A stretch of DNA of 64,000 nt from a virus: positions 1 through 64,000 of the IMG/VR virus record IMGVR_UViG_3300046457_000118; one strand, written 5' to 3'. Below, piece after piece: positions 1-9,543 of the stretch (position 1 is the first letter of the stretch; every line of letters begins with the position of its first letter). Made by a program: the position numbers and the translations under genes. A model generated the notes under the pieces. The model was not told the DNA's origin. It ran no database searches and saw only the letters and a program-made list of their open reading frames with translations.

Positions 1-1376
1 GTTGGTACCGAAGTCGTCCAGGGCACCTCTACACCAGTGGCGTCAGTCACCTTCTCCGTATGGCTTCCCACAGTGACTTCACTGGCATGGTGGCCTATCT
101 TGCCAATATTGCCTGATACGCGATGCTTAATGATGTGGGAGAACGACAAAGCCATCTTGAACCGCTGATCACGCATGATGATCGTGGTCTTGTTCAAGGG
201 CTGTCCCAGTTGTCTCCGGATGTCTGGCGACTCCTTCTGTTCGGTCGCACCATCATGGGCACTGGCCGAGATGAACATCTTGGTGAAGAAGTCGAACAGA
301 TATTTCCTCTCGACTTCATTCTCTGTCTTGGCCGGGACTGCTGCCATCAGCAGGGCTTGCTCAACGTCACCAATGTCAGGGTTCTCGTTGATGCTGTCAG
401 CAACCTTATCGTAGTCCATACCGATCAGCTTCAGCATCTTCTTGGTGGTCAGGTACTCTTGGGAATACTTGTCCGTGTTCGACTTATGCTTGTTATAGCG
501 GAAGTAGCCCCATGGGAAGAAGCTACCTGCCGTCGTCGGTGCCGTATCGAAGATGGCTTCGATGGTCGGATTGACACCCGAATTGAGTTGATACATCCAG
601 TAACCTGCACGAGTACCTTGCAGATACCTCACCTGAAAGTAGCTGGCTTCCGTGCTCACATCAGACGTACTCAGGCTTAATGTCGCCGTACGTGCCACTG
701 TGCTCGTGATGGTGACACCATCGACTACCTTGTCAGTGGACTCTTCCCAGCAGTAGGTGACCTTGATGTAGTCTTCCATGGCAGTCGCATCGATGATGAA
801 TGCCGGTGGCACCTTCAGGGACTGGGTATTGATCAGCTTTCGATCCGGAGAGTAGCCTGCATTCGGGGCAGGTGCCCACACATCCATCGAACCATTGGCA
901 ATCTCACCAACGCTCGCTTGCACCACAACTGGCTGCATATTGGAGAGGTAGACCTTCTTGCCATCGACCATCAGGCTGTTGTCACGGGAGTCATAGGCGT
1001 GATCCCGCACCAGTTTAAGCCATCCCAGATGCAGCAGATTGACCGGACCAAGCTGGTAATAGGTGATGGAGTCCACCGGGCCGACTTCGACTTCGATGGC
1101 GTGTTCCACCACATCCTTTCCAGTCACCGACGAGTAGGAGTTGCCTGATGGGAGGCCGAATGTGTACTTGTCACGCCCATAGCGGTATAACCGGTCCATC
1201 TTGGTGGCCAGACCCGCCACCAACTCTTCCATCACATACTCAGTGGTCTGGCTACTGTGGTCCATCAGGGCATGGATAGCACCTTGTTTCAGGGCACTGG
1301 GCACCATGTTGTTGTCAATGACCCGTGCTACTTGTGTGCCAACTGTCGTGATCTCGCTACTGCCGAAAAGTCCCAT
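1..1376 (-). CDS. N4 gp53-like virion structural protein (3' end runs out of the window)
   Basis: Not in the ORF track. Read manually from ATG at 1376: MGLFGSSEITTVGTQVARVIDNN...YTFGLPSG...SINENPDIGDVEQA; the part I translated is open. Synteny downstream of the gp54-like gene. Confidence 0.75.
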   Translation of the reverse strand, partial: MGLFGSSEITTVGTQVARVIDNNMVPSALKQGAIHALMDHSSQTTEYVMEELVAGLATKMDRLYRYGRDKYTFGLPSGNSYSSVTGKDVVEHAIEVEVGPVDSITYYQLGPVNLLHLGWLKLVRDHAYDSRDNSLMVDGKKVYLSNMQPVVVQASVGEIANGSMDVWAPAPNAGYSPDRKLINTQSLKVPPAFIIDATAMEDYIKVTYCWEESTDKVVDGVTITSTVARTATLSLSTSDVSTEASYFQVRYLQGTRAGYWMYQLNSGVNPTIEAIFDTAPTTAGSFFPWGYFRYNKHKSNTDKYSQEYLTTKKMLKLIGMDYDKVADSINENPDIGDVEQALLMAAVPAKTENEVERKYLFDFFTKMFISASAHDGATEQKESPDIRRQLGQPLNKTTIIMRDQRFKMALSFSHIIKHRVSGNIGKIGHHASEVTVGSHTEKVTDATGVEVPWTTSVP

Positions 1377-1392
1377 GATCCCTCGCTACATA

Positions 1393-1420
1393 GAAAAAAG
1401 GGAGCCATCAGGCTCCCCTT
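1393..1420 (-). terminator. Rho-independent terminator
   Basis: Minus strand GGGGAGCC-TGAT-GGCTCCC followed by TTTTTT. Confidence 0.8.
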
Positions 1421-1437
1421 ACCAGCATCTCACCCTG

Positions 1438-2598
1438 TTACGGAGCGACGACGTTGATACCTGCCCGCAGCTTCGACAGGACCAATCCCATCGTGGCATC
1501 GTCCAGTCCCTGAGTCAGGTTGGCTTGCCACTCGTTGTCGGTCATGCGCAGCGTCTTCCACACATCGATGTACAGACTGGCCGCTTTTTGCTCCCCATCC
1601 CGCTGGAAACCAGCGGTTTGAGCGGCATACAGACCCTTCTGGCGACCGATCACACTGTCCGAATCCACACCCAGGGACAGGACTTGTGCCTTTTCCGTGG
1701 CCGTCTTCTGGTTTAGCAGCGTGAGTTCCGCAGCCGATTTCAGCGTGTTCTGCTGTGTGTAGTCGAACTCGGCTTGCGCCTTGCAGACATTCGCTTCGAG
1801 CAATCGCTTCTCGACTTCGGCGTTGATCACCTGTTGCGTGGCGGTCAGTACCTGCTTGTCCAGCAGTTCACCTTGCTTCGGTACCAGCAGCGTTTCCGCA
1901 TCGGTCTTGGCCTTGTTCGACGTGATCAGTGCGGTTTGCGCATCGATCTGGGTACCTTGCTTACCGAGATTCGTGGCCTCGGCAATGAGGTTCAGCTTCT
2001 GCTGCGTTTGTACCGCAGTCTGAGCGTCGATCATCAGCCCCTGTTTCGGGACGTTCAGCGTTTCAGCTTCTACCTGAGCCGACTGCTTGCCGATCAGGAT
2101 GGTCTGGGCATCGATCTGTGCACCTTGCTTCGGCACATTCAGGATCTCCGCATTGACCTTGGCCGCATTGGCTTCGAGCAGATGCTGTTCGTAGATGATG
2201 TTGGCGCGCTGTGCATTGGTCAGTTCGATCTCAGCACGTACCTTGTCCACCTGAGCCGAAACCAGATCACGCTCGATCACTGCCGTCAATGCCTGTTCTT
2301 GCAGGATTTGCAGTTGAGCGTTGGCCTTCAAAACTTCGACATCAGCCAGGGCGATCTGCTTTTCCAGCAGCATCAGTTCCAGCGTAATGCGCTGCTTCGT
2401 CGTGACGAAAGCCAGAGCATTCTGCATGGACGACTCAAGCTGGCCGAGGTAGACCGTGGCGTATTCCGGGCCACGGATCGTACCCTTGCCATACTGGTCT
2501 TCGAGGTGAATCTTCGCTGCACGCATCAGCGTGTCGAAGGCACCCGCACCGTCCAGCTTTACTTCGGTCAGGTCAGATAGCTTGATTTCCGTTGTCAT
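1438..2598 (-). CDS. N4 gp54-like structural protein, coiled-coil with 28-aa repeats
   Basis: 386 aa, GAFDTLM/YATVYLG N-terminus, Q/A/L-rich heptads, synteny after MCP and gp55-like gene. Confidence 0.7.
   Translation of the reverse strand: MTTEIKLSDLTEVKLDGAGAFDTLMRAAKIHLEDQYGKGTIRGPEYATVYLGQLESSMQNALAFVTTKQRITLELMLLEKQIALADVEVLKANAQLQILQEQALTAVIERDLVSAQVDKVRAEIELTNAQRANIIYEQHLLEANAAKVNAEILNVPKQGAQIDAQTILIGKQSAQVEAETLNVPKQGLMIDAQTAVQTQQKLNLIAEATNLGKQGTQIDAQTALITSNKAKTDAETLLVPKQGELLDKQVLTATQQVINAEVEKRLLEANVCKAQAEFDYTQQNTLKSAAELTLLNQKTATEKAQVLSLGVDSDSVIGRQKGLYAAQTAGFQRDGEQKAASLYIDVWKTLRMTDNEWQANLTQGLDDATMGLVLSKLRAGINVVAP
1807..2142 (-). repeat. Four tandem 84-bp (28-aa) coding repeats
   Basis: Units LNVPKQGAQIDAQT..., LNVPKQGLMIDAQT..., TNLGKQGTQIDAQT..., LLVPKQGELLDKQV..., each 28 aa. 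Confidence 0.8.
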
Positions 2599-2605
2599 GG
2601 CTTAC

Positions 2606-3193
2606 TTATTCCATGCCAGCGGCAGCAGCTTGCTGACGGGCCAGTTCCTTCAGTTCGGCAGGCGTCAGCGGTGGCAGCACCTGAATGTTGAATTCCGGGA
2701 TACGCTTCATGCGACGGACATTCTGGATGCCCATGGCACTCTTGACACGTTCGTTGTAGAACACCGGGCATTCACGGGCCACGAGCATGTCATACATGAT
2801 CTTGGGGAGGTGATAGCCTTCCGGCGTGTTGAACGGGACGAATTTCTTTTGCGTCGGTAGATTGCGGTTACCCACGGTGATGATTTCACCATTCCATTCC
2901 CGCTTGGCCGGGTTCATGCAGACGACGTTGACACGGACCAGTGCCAGTGCCTCGTCACGCATCTTCTTGATCTTGCCTGCTTGCGACAGCGGTGCATCTT
3001 CAGCCGTCTTGGCCACATCCGATCCAGCATCCAGAGCAGCGATATGTTCTTTGATTTTCTCGGACAGCTTCTCGGCACTGATCGACGGATGGAACTTGAC
3101 GCCCAGCGTGTTGGCCTTCAGCTTCAGGGATTCGAGGACCATGGCGTCCATCACTGCTGCATCGTTGGCTTCTTGGTTTTCCAGATCGGACAT
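2606..3193 (-). CDS. N4 gp55-like protein
   Basis: Likely start MSDLEN at 3193; motifs LGVKFHPSI, CMNPAK, LPPLTPAEL; directly after MCP. Confidence 0.7.
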   Translation of the reverse strand: MSDLENQEANDAAVMDAMVLESLKLKANTLGVKFHPSISAEKLSEKIKEHIAALDAGSDVAKTAEDAPLSQAGKIKKMRDEALALVRVNVVCMNPAKREWNGEIITVGNRNLPTQKKFVPFNTPEGYHLPKIMYDMLVARECPVFYNERVKSAMGIQNVRRMKRIPEFNIQVLPPLTPAELKELARQQAAAAGME

Positions 3194-3219
3194 AGTGTTA
3201 CCTATTAAATTCGGTTGTG

Positions 3220-3248
3220 AAAAAGGGTGGAGCCGAAGCCCCACCCTT
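3220..3248 (-). terminator. Terminator after major capsid gene
   Basis: AAGGGTGGGGC-TTCG-GCTCCACCC-TTTT. Confidence 0.8.
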
Positions 3249-3254
3249 GTGCCA

Positions 3255-4442
3255 TTACAGCTTGGCAGCGGTCAGGATCAGGCCCATGCGTTCCGGACGC
3301 AGAGCCATGAAGCCGTAGAACCACTTGATCGACATGAAGCCGGTCTCACCGTACGGGTCATTGCGATCCGCGGTGTCCAGACCCGGCTTCTTGTGCTTGA
3401 TGTCGAACTTGACCGTCTTGCCATCGGTCTGGAAGCCAATGGTGGTGAACGAGCCATCACCGATGACGAGGATCGGCATCACGTCGAACTTGTTGCCGGT
3501 CTCGTAGTGCAGGCCAGCTTCGGCCGAGGCATCAGCGCCAGCACCAGCCCAACGCAGCATTTCCGGTGCCACGACGAAACGGAACGGACCGACTTGGCCG
3601 ACTTCGCCATTCAGGGTGGTACCACCAGCGGCGTACTTCTCGACGTGGACGAAAGCGCGCTCGTCGTGGAAGTCCTTCATCTTCTCCAGCGTCGGCAGCA
3701 GTTCGTTGCCGATGTAGGCGATGCGGGCACCAGGGATGACCTTGGTGTCCACCAGACGGGTACCGGTGATGGCCGTGGTGTGCTTCGGCGTACGGTTATT
3801 GTCCAGATCGATGGACAGGGCCAGCAGGTCTTTGTACTCCACCACGTCATCGGCACCGATGGTGGCCTTCGAGGTGGCGTTACCAGCGTAACGGACGACA
3901 CCAGCAGCCGACAGCAGGTCGATTTGCAGCATGTCTTCGGTGATTTCGAGGGCACCGTTGACCATCTCGCGGTTGATGTGCATTTCGAGGTCTTCGTCCG
4001 AGTCGAAGTCCAGCGACTCTTTCGTGTACTCGTCGAAGAAGCCGAGCTTCTCGAAGGTGCCGGTGATTTCCTTGCGGGTGAAGCCGACACGGTTGACACG
4101 GCCACCGGTTTCCGACAGCAGCGGCAGCTTGCCGTTGATGGTGCCGATGTCCTTGCTCGAACCGTACAGGTTGCCGTTGGCGATGACAGCACCAGCAGCG
4201 TCGAGACCTTGCGAGTTGACATTGGCGTCGTCCAGCAGCGGCAGGTAGTGGTACTGCTTGATTTCCTTGCCGGAGTTCTTCGGCATTGCGCGCACGTCAG
4301 CCAGTTGGCTGAAGACCTGAATCTTGCGTGCTTCGATCAGCGCCTTCTTGTAGTAGTAATACTTGGTGAGTTGATCACCCATGGTGGCATTTGCACCATT
4401 CTTGTCAGTACCGTACTGACGTTGAGTCGTATCGAGAGCCAT
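3255..4442 (-). CDS. Major capsid protein (N4 gp56 family)
   Basis: 395 aa; MPKNSGK, YLPLLDDANVNSQGLDAAG, GNLYGSSKDIG, GRVNRVGF, DPYGETGF motifs typical of N4-like MCP. Confidence 0.95.
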   Translation of the reverse strand: MALDTTQRQYGTDKNGANATMGDQLTKYYYYKKALIEARKIQVFSQLADVRAMPKNSGKEIKQYHYLPLLDDANVNSQGLDAAGAVIANGNLYGSSKDIGTINGKLPLLSETGGRVNRVGFTRKEITGTFEKLGFFDEYTKESLDFDSDEDLEMHINREMVNGALEITEDMLQIDLLSAAGVVRYAGNATSKATIGADDVVEYKDLLALSIDLDNNRTPKHTTAITGTRLVDTKVIPGARIAYIGNELLPTLEKMKDFHDERAFVHVEKYAAGGTTLNGEVGQVGPFRFVVAPEMLRWAGAGADASAEAGLHYETGNKFDVMPILVIGDGSFTTIGFQTDGKTVKFDIKHKKPGLDTADRNDPYGETGFMSIKWFYGFMALRPERMGLILTAAKL

Positions 4443-4457
4443 ATAGTGTCCTTTGGT

Positions 4458-5708
4458 TTACTTGAATTTGGAAATGTCCAGCTTGAGCAGGTCTTCGTCA
4501 CTCATTGCCAGCGGATTGAAATTCGCAGGGAGCTTCGAAGTGGGTGCTGCTGCACGTGTCGGGCTTGCGGCCTGACGTTGCTTACGGCGGTTGTCGTCGT
4601 CAGCCTGCTGCGGTTTCGGTTCCACAACGACTTTCGCAGGGGCCGCTTGTTGGCTCGACGGGGCAGCTTTCCCCGTCAGATGCGCAAGCTCGCCGCTCTC
4701 CATCATTGCGATACCGACTTGCCGGTATGCTTCCAGATCGGACAAACCAGTCAGGCGACCGAAGGTACGTTCACGCTCGACCTTGCCGATCACTGCATCG
4801 AACACGCCAGCCTGAATGTGCTGGGTAATGTCTTGCAATGCCTTCGGGTTCTGCGCAATCAGCGCACGGCTATCTTCATCCCACTGCTTACCGATGACGG
4901 TGAGGGTACGATCAAAGCCTTCTTGCCCATCGAGGGACTCAAAGACTTCATCCAGTGCCTGTTCTTCACGGGTGATACGGTGGTTGCCGGGCTTGTAGTC
5001 GCCTGCTTTCTCCACAGAGATATCCAGAGGATCGATCCCTGCGTCTTGGACCAGCTTACTGATCGCCTCAGGCTTCTTGGAAGCCACATCGATCAAGAAG
5101 TTGATACGGTCTTCACTCAGAAGATTGGCTTTTTCAAGCATCTTCATGAGGTTCAGATTCGGTCGAAGGGCGGCCATCTTCTTGTTGTAGTTGGCGCCCA
5201 TCTGCATCAGTTGGATGGCTTCCGATGCCGATTGCACTTTCATTTCACGGCCATTGGCCTTGAATGGTGCAGTGATCGCAGCATGGAATGCCTTCAGATC
5301 GCCATCAGCAGGAGTTGCAGGTGCAGTTCCAGTTGGCTTTCCGTCGGCCGATTGGCCATCTGCATCTTTCTTACCCTTGTCGGCAGCGGTTTTTGCGGCG
5401 TCGTTTGCGTCGCCAGCAGTATCCTTTTCACCATCGCCACTCGACTTAGCCTCAGTACCGTTGGTCTGATCTTCCTGCGGGGCTGGGTCAGTGTTTTCAT
5501 CGGTTTCTTCCGATTTGGTGGCAGTGCTCTCGGTCTTGTCGGTGGTCTCACCGGCGTTGTCCTGTGCTTCGACTTCTTCCGTCTGAGTTTCAGTCGAAGT
5601 CTCGGTAGTTGGTGCGTCTTTGGTACGCAGCTTGCTGACATCCAGATTCAGGATATCTTCATCCGACATGTTTGCCAGATCGTTCTCAGTCACGGTACCA
5701 GCCATCAT
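4458..5708 (-). CDS. N4 gp57-like protein (scaffold or tape-measure-like)
   Basis: Acidic N-terminus, PFKANG, LMQMGANY, C-terminal NPLAMSDED. Confidence 0.8.
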   Translation of the reverse strand: MMAGTVTENDLANMSDEDILNLDVSKLRTKDAPTTETSTETQTEEVEAQDNAGETTDKTESTATKSEETDENTDPAPQEDQTNGTEAKSSGDGEKDTAGDANDAAKTAADKGKKDADGQSADGKPTGTAPATPADGDLKAFHAAITAPFKANGREMKVQSASEAIQLMQMGANYNKKMAALRPNLNLMKMLEKANLLSEDRINFLIDVASKKPEAISKLVQDAGIDPLDISVEKAGDYKPGNHRITREEQALDEVFESLDGQEGFDRTLTVIGKQWDEDSRALIAQNPKALQDITQHIQAGVFDAVIGKVERERTFGRLTGLSDLEAYRQVGIAMMESGELAHLTGKAAPSSQQAAPAKVVVEPKPQQADDDNRRKQRQAASPTRAAAPTSKLPANFNPLAMSDEDLLKLDISKFK

Positions 5709-6046
5709 TCGCCTCCCATCGAGAGTTCGGCGTAGGTGTCTTCATCGTTGGACAGAGTACGGTCAGCGATGTCGGCTTGGATGTGGATGCAGCGCAGGAA
5801 ACCTGCCAACGAACCGATTGCATCGATGTCCTTGACGATTGCAACTTGCTTGACTTCGGACTGCATTGCAGCATCTGCCTTCAGGTGTACCAGACGGACA
5901 GCTTCGTCCTTCATATACAGTTGGCCGATGATTGCTTGGTAATCGGAATTCGATTCCAAGCGTTTCAGCGTCTTGGACAGTTCGATCAGACGCTTGTTCT
6001 CTGCGATGCTGCGTTCAAGCTGCATCAGTTCATGTTTGGAGGTCAT
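5705..6046 (-). CDS. N4 gp58-like protein
   Basis: 113 aa between portal and gp57-like gene; EAVRLV motif. Confidence 0.7.
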   Translation of the reverse strand: MTSKHELMQLERSIAENKRLIELSKTLKRLESNSDYQAIIGQLYMKDEAVRLVHLKADAAMQSEVKQVAIVKDIDAIGSLAGFLRCIHIQADIADRTLSNDEDTYAELSMGGE

Positions 6047-6134
6047 TAAGTTTCTACCATTGCTTGTTGAAGGTAATAGAAGCGGCTATGAATACGCCGC
6101 TACTATAGTTCAGATTTTCGTTTCTGTGAAGAAT

Positions 6135-8270
6135 TTATTTCTTGGCAGTAGTCTTTTTCTCCGTCTTGGCCTTGACATGGCCCTTCACAACTTCCAATGC
6201 CATATTCGCGTGCGCCTGTGCACCCTGCTTTTGCAGGTCACGTTCCTGCTTCACACCCGACTCTTGTTCCACGAAGTCGAGGTTCATCTGGTCGGTGGTG
6301 GCACGCAGATTCTCGGCCTTGGCTTGCTCGGTATCGGTCTTTTGAACGGTCAAACCGGCTTCTGCACGAATCTTGGCGGCTTGTGCTTGGAGATTGGCGA
6401 CTTCGAGTTGTACCTTGGCCATTTCCAATTGCTGCATCTGCTGCTGCATCGGATCAGGTTGCGGTTGGTATTCCTCGATACGCTTGGCGAGGTCAGGCAT
6501 CTTCTTCAGACGGCAGATGTCCGACAGGATGATCTTGCGCATGCCAGGGTCTTCATTCGGCCCCATGGTTTGCAAGAGGAAGCCAAGGTCTTGAGCCTTG
6601 CTGTTGTCTTCTTCAGCCGTACTGATCGAGAGTCGCAGATCGTAGTTACCGGCCAGATCATCCCGGCGAATCTGCACGAACTGGTCATTGGTGACCCGAA
6701 TGACTTCTTCTTCCGACAGGAATACCGCGTTCATGGCAATGATCTTGCGACCGATCTCGATCATGCCTTGTGCCAGACGACGCAGAATCCCTAATTCACG
6801 CTTGGATGCAGCATCCAGCGCACCACGTACGCCAGCAGCCACGTCACCCAGAGCCGCTCCGGACACGCCTTGGGAGTACGACTTCACACCAGTCATCGAC
6901 TCGGCTTCCATCTGCTGCAACTGCACCATGAACTGGGCCGATGCGGGAATCTCCGGGTAGGTATGCATGAAGATACCTTGTCGCGGATCGATATTCGGGG
7001 TGTACTCGTAGTCCTGACCCGCTTCATAGCGACGACGGTTGGTCGTATCCAGCATGTTCTTGGCCATACCGGTCTGACCGTTGGCCGATTTGCCCATGAT
7101 GTCGATCATGCCGCGTGTGACCGCACCAATGATCTTCTGGTTGTCTTCCAACAGGGCACCATCCGGCTCGCCATACACGGACTTGCGGACTGGCAGGTAC
7201 TGAACAATGACGAACGGTAGTTTCTTGTCCGGCATGGGGTTCTCTTCCATGCGGATCAGCGTATTACCCACCCACGAAGCCACGATAGGCTTGACGATGC
7301 CGCTACCATCGATGTCTCGATAGCCCCAGTACTCGGTCACTACGAACTTGGTACGTGGTTTGTCGATGAAGTTGAAGTTGGCACCACCATCCGAGGGTGC
7401 ATGGTCCGGATCAGACAGCGGTGAATTGCTGTTGATCATGATGAAGTCCAGATTCTTGTACCGGCCATCCTGCTTCAGTTCGGACAGCGAAGACTCGAAG
7501 GTAACAGCGACGAAACGAGCCTTGTTGATGTCACCCTGACACATCGGATCGACCACCACGTTACGGAAATCCATGATCTCCAAGGTGGGACGATTCACAG
7601 CCAGACGGGTCTTCTCGACTGTCTGGGTACCGATCTGATTCGGACGATACGGTGCACCATACTGCTGGCTCAGTTCCAGTGCCTTGGACACATGGTCTGG
7701 TACATCGACTTGCCCACCCTGTTGCAGCATCGCAGCCTGCTGGAGTTGGGGCGCATAAGAGTCATCCTGTACAAACTCGAACTGCGGTACATCCTCGTTG
7801 TACTTTTCTTCGATGGCTTCCCAGCCTACACGGACGATCACCGTACCTTCGTCGGTAGGAGCACGAACGTACTCATCGATGAACTTCACCTTGTCGATCT
7901 GGGTATTGAACTGGTAGTTCAGCACCATCTCGTTCTGGATCGCCCCTGCCTTGTCTTCCCAACTTACCGGATTGACATTGAAGATGTCAGGACTGGACAG
8001 GAAGGGTTCCGACAGGGCGGCGTAACGCCACTCGGCCTGCTTGCGGATCAGACGAGGAACGATCTGGGAACTGCCCTTCGGAGCATTGGCCTTGGCCTGT
8101 CCCTGCGCGTTGTAGTTGTCGAGCCAGCCATTGATCTTTTGTACTTGTGTTGCGTGAATCGGACGCGCATCTTCCATGTCCTGCTTCAACTCACGCAATT
8201 CGGGGATTTTGGCCCAGTCCACCAGCTTATCTACGGTGCCGATGCCATCTGTTTGCTCAGGAGTGATCAT
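6135..8270 (-). CDS. Portal protein (N4 gp59 family)
   Basis: PRLIRKQAEWRYAALSEPF, GEPDGALLEDNQ, RGALDAASKRE, ISTAEED. Probable start MITPEQ at 8270. Confidence 0.92.
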   Translation of the reverse strand: MITPEQTDGIGTVDKLVDWAKIPELRELKQDMEDARPIHATQVQKINGWLDNYNAQGQAKANAPKGSSQIVPRLIRKQAEWRYAALSEPFLSSPDIFNVNPVSWEDKAGAIQNEMVLNYQFNTQIDKVKFIDEYVRAPTDEGTVIVRVGWEAIEEKYNEDVPQFEFVQDDSYAPQLQQAAMLQQGGQVDVPDHVSKALELSQQYGAPYRPNQIGTQTVEKTRLAVNRPTLEIMDFRNVVVDPMCQGDINKARFVAVTFESSLSELKQDGRYKNLDFIMINSNSPLSDPDHAPSDGGANFNFIDKPRTKFVVTEYWGYRDIDGSGIVKPIVASWVGNTLIRMEENPMPDKKLPFVIVQYLPVRKSVYGEPDGALLEDNQKIIGAVTRGMIDIMGKSANGQTGMAKNMLDTTNRRRYEAGQDYEYTPNIDPRQGIFMHTYPEIPASAQFMVQLQQMEAESMTGVKSYSQGVSGAALGDVAAGVRGALDAASKRELGILRRLAQGMIEIGRKIIAMNAVFLSEEEVIRVTNDQFVQIRRDDLAGNYDLRLSISTAEEDNSKAQDLGFLLQTMGPNEDPGMRKIILSDICRLKKMPDLAKRIEEYQPQPDPMQQQMQQLEMAKVQLEVANLQAQAAKIRAEAGLTVQKTDTEQAKAENLRATTDQMNLDFVEQESGVKQERDLQKQGAQAHANMALEVVKGHVKAKTEKKTTAKK

Positions 8271-8338
8271 ATTTGCCCAGAGGTAAGTTATACTCTGAGG
8301 CATTATCCCATAGTATTTCCCCCCATCAAGGAGTTTCC

Positions 8339-8764
8339 ATGAAGATTCAATTGCTTCGTCCGAACGTACTCGTCCCAACTCGTGGTACCGATCATGCAGG
8401 AGGCTATGACATCTACATGCCAGAAGCGGGCATCATGATGTCGGGCCACACGTACAAGGTTGGACTGGGTTTCGCTACTGCGATCCCACGAAACCATGTG
8501 GCATTGATCCTGCCGCGTTCGGGAATTGGATCGAAGCATGGGATTGAACTGAACAACACCTGCGGAGTGATCGATGCCGACTATCGGGGGGAATGGTTTG
8601 CCACTCTGAACCAGAAAGCAGGTCACAATCCTCTGGCATGGAAGGCCAGCGAGCGGCTGCTTCAGTTCATCGTGGTTCCTGTCTGGACGCCAGACTTAGA
8701 AGTGGTATATTCGCTCGATAGTACCGAGCGAGGTACCGGTGGCTTGGGTTCGACCGGTCAATAA
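8339..8764 (+). CDS. dut: Trimeric dUTPase
   Basis: Motifs AGGYD, PRSG, GVIDADYRGE, RGTGGLGSTG; RBS ATCAAGGAG before ATG 8339. Confidence 0.93.
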   Translation: MKIQLLRPNVLVPTRGTDHAGGYDIYMPEAGIMMSGHTYKVGLGFATAIPRNHVALILPRSGIGSKHGIELNNTCGVIDADYRGEWFATLNQKAGHNPLAWKASERLLQFIVVPVWTPDLEVVYSLDSTERGTGGLGSTGQ

Positions 8765-8778
8765 CAGAACCCACCATG

Positions 8779-8805
8779 AAAAAAGCCCCTGATAGGGGCT
8801 TTTCT
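8779..8805. terminator. Bidirectional terminator between convergent genes
   Basis: AAAAAAGCCCCT-GAT-AGGGGCTTTT. Confidence 0.8.
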
Positions 8806-8810
8806 CTTTC

Positions 8811-9536
8811 TTACACCCAGCCCATGCGGCGTATCCGGCAGTTTTCCGTAGAGTGGTCCGCTTCCACGTTCTTCATCTCCAACATCTGGCAGGCCTGCTC
8901 ATATTTCTGGGCATAGTTGTTCCCCATGTTGAACTCGTTCTGCATACCCAGCGGGTTGTGCACCCGCGAAGCCACGAAATACAACAGGGCTTCAAGATGG
9001 GTATAGGGCAGTTCGACCTCGATACGAGCCGGATCGAAATATCCCATGGTCACCGCCAGTTGGGCATGGTTTTGCCGGTAGACCAGCGTGACATCTTCGA
9101 GAGGATGGTCCTTGGTGGGCGGTGGAATCCGCAGGGACTTGATCGAAGGCGTGAAATAGCTGCACGGATCGTCTTGGCGGTTCAGTGACAGGTCACGCTG
9201 ACAGGTATCCAGCACCCTTTCAACCTTGATCAGCGTGTCGTCATTGAACGGCTCGCTTGCACTATCGATCAGATAGCGGTTCACCTGTGCCGAACGACGG
9301 TTGTTCACGGCAAACTTGTCGTCGAGCGCGTACACAAGCTGTCCTTCGACTGGACGCAGCAGGATTCGCCCTTCTTTCAGCGTGAACCGCGTGAACAACG
9401 CCGTCAAACCAAGGTTGATATGGGCCAGCACCGCTGGATAGTTGGCTTCCGTGATGGAACCCAAGGTTGCACCACCAATAGCCAGCATGCGGAACTCGCC
9501 ATGCGTCAGTTGATTGAAGATTTCGGAGAGTTTCAT
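8811..9536 (-). CDS. N4 gp67-like virion (adaptor) protein
   Basis: 241 aa, INLGLTALFTRF, LEALLYFVASR, C-terminal GWV; follows terminase. Confidence 0.75.
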   Translation of the reverse strand: MKLSEIFNQLTHGEFRMLAIGGATLGSITEANYPAVLAHINLGLTALFTRFTLKEGRILLRPVEGQLVYALDDKFAVNNRRSAQVNRYLIDSASEPFNDDTLIKVERVLDTCQRDLSLNRQDDPCSYFTPSIKSLRIPPPTKDHPLEDVTLVYRQNHAQLAVTMGYFDPARIEVELPYTHLEALLYFVASRVHNPLGMQNEFNMGNNYAQKYEQACQMLEMKNVEADHSTENCRIRRMGWV

Positions 9537-9543
9537 AGGTTCC

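Noticed and set aside
2826-5735. 969-aa + strand ORF, and other long antisense ORFs such as 32580-34625, 43261-45279 and 59641-61590
   Set aside because: Shadow frames opposite well-supported genes, caused by codon bias; no RBS or motifs recognised
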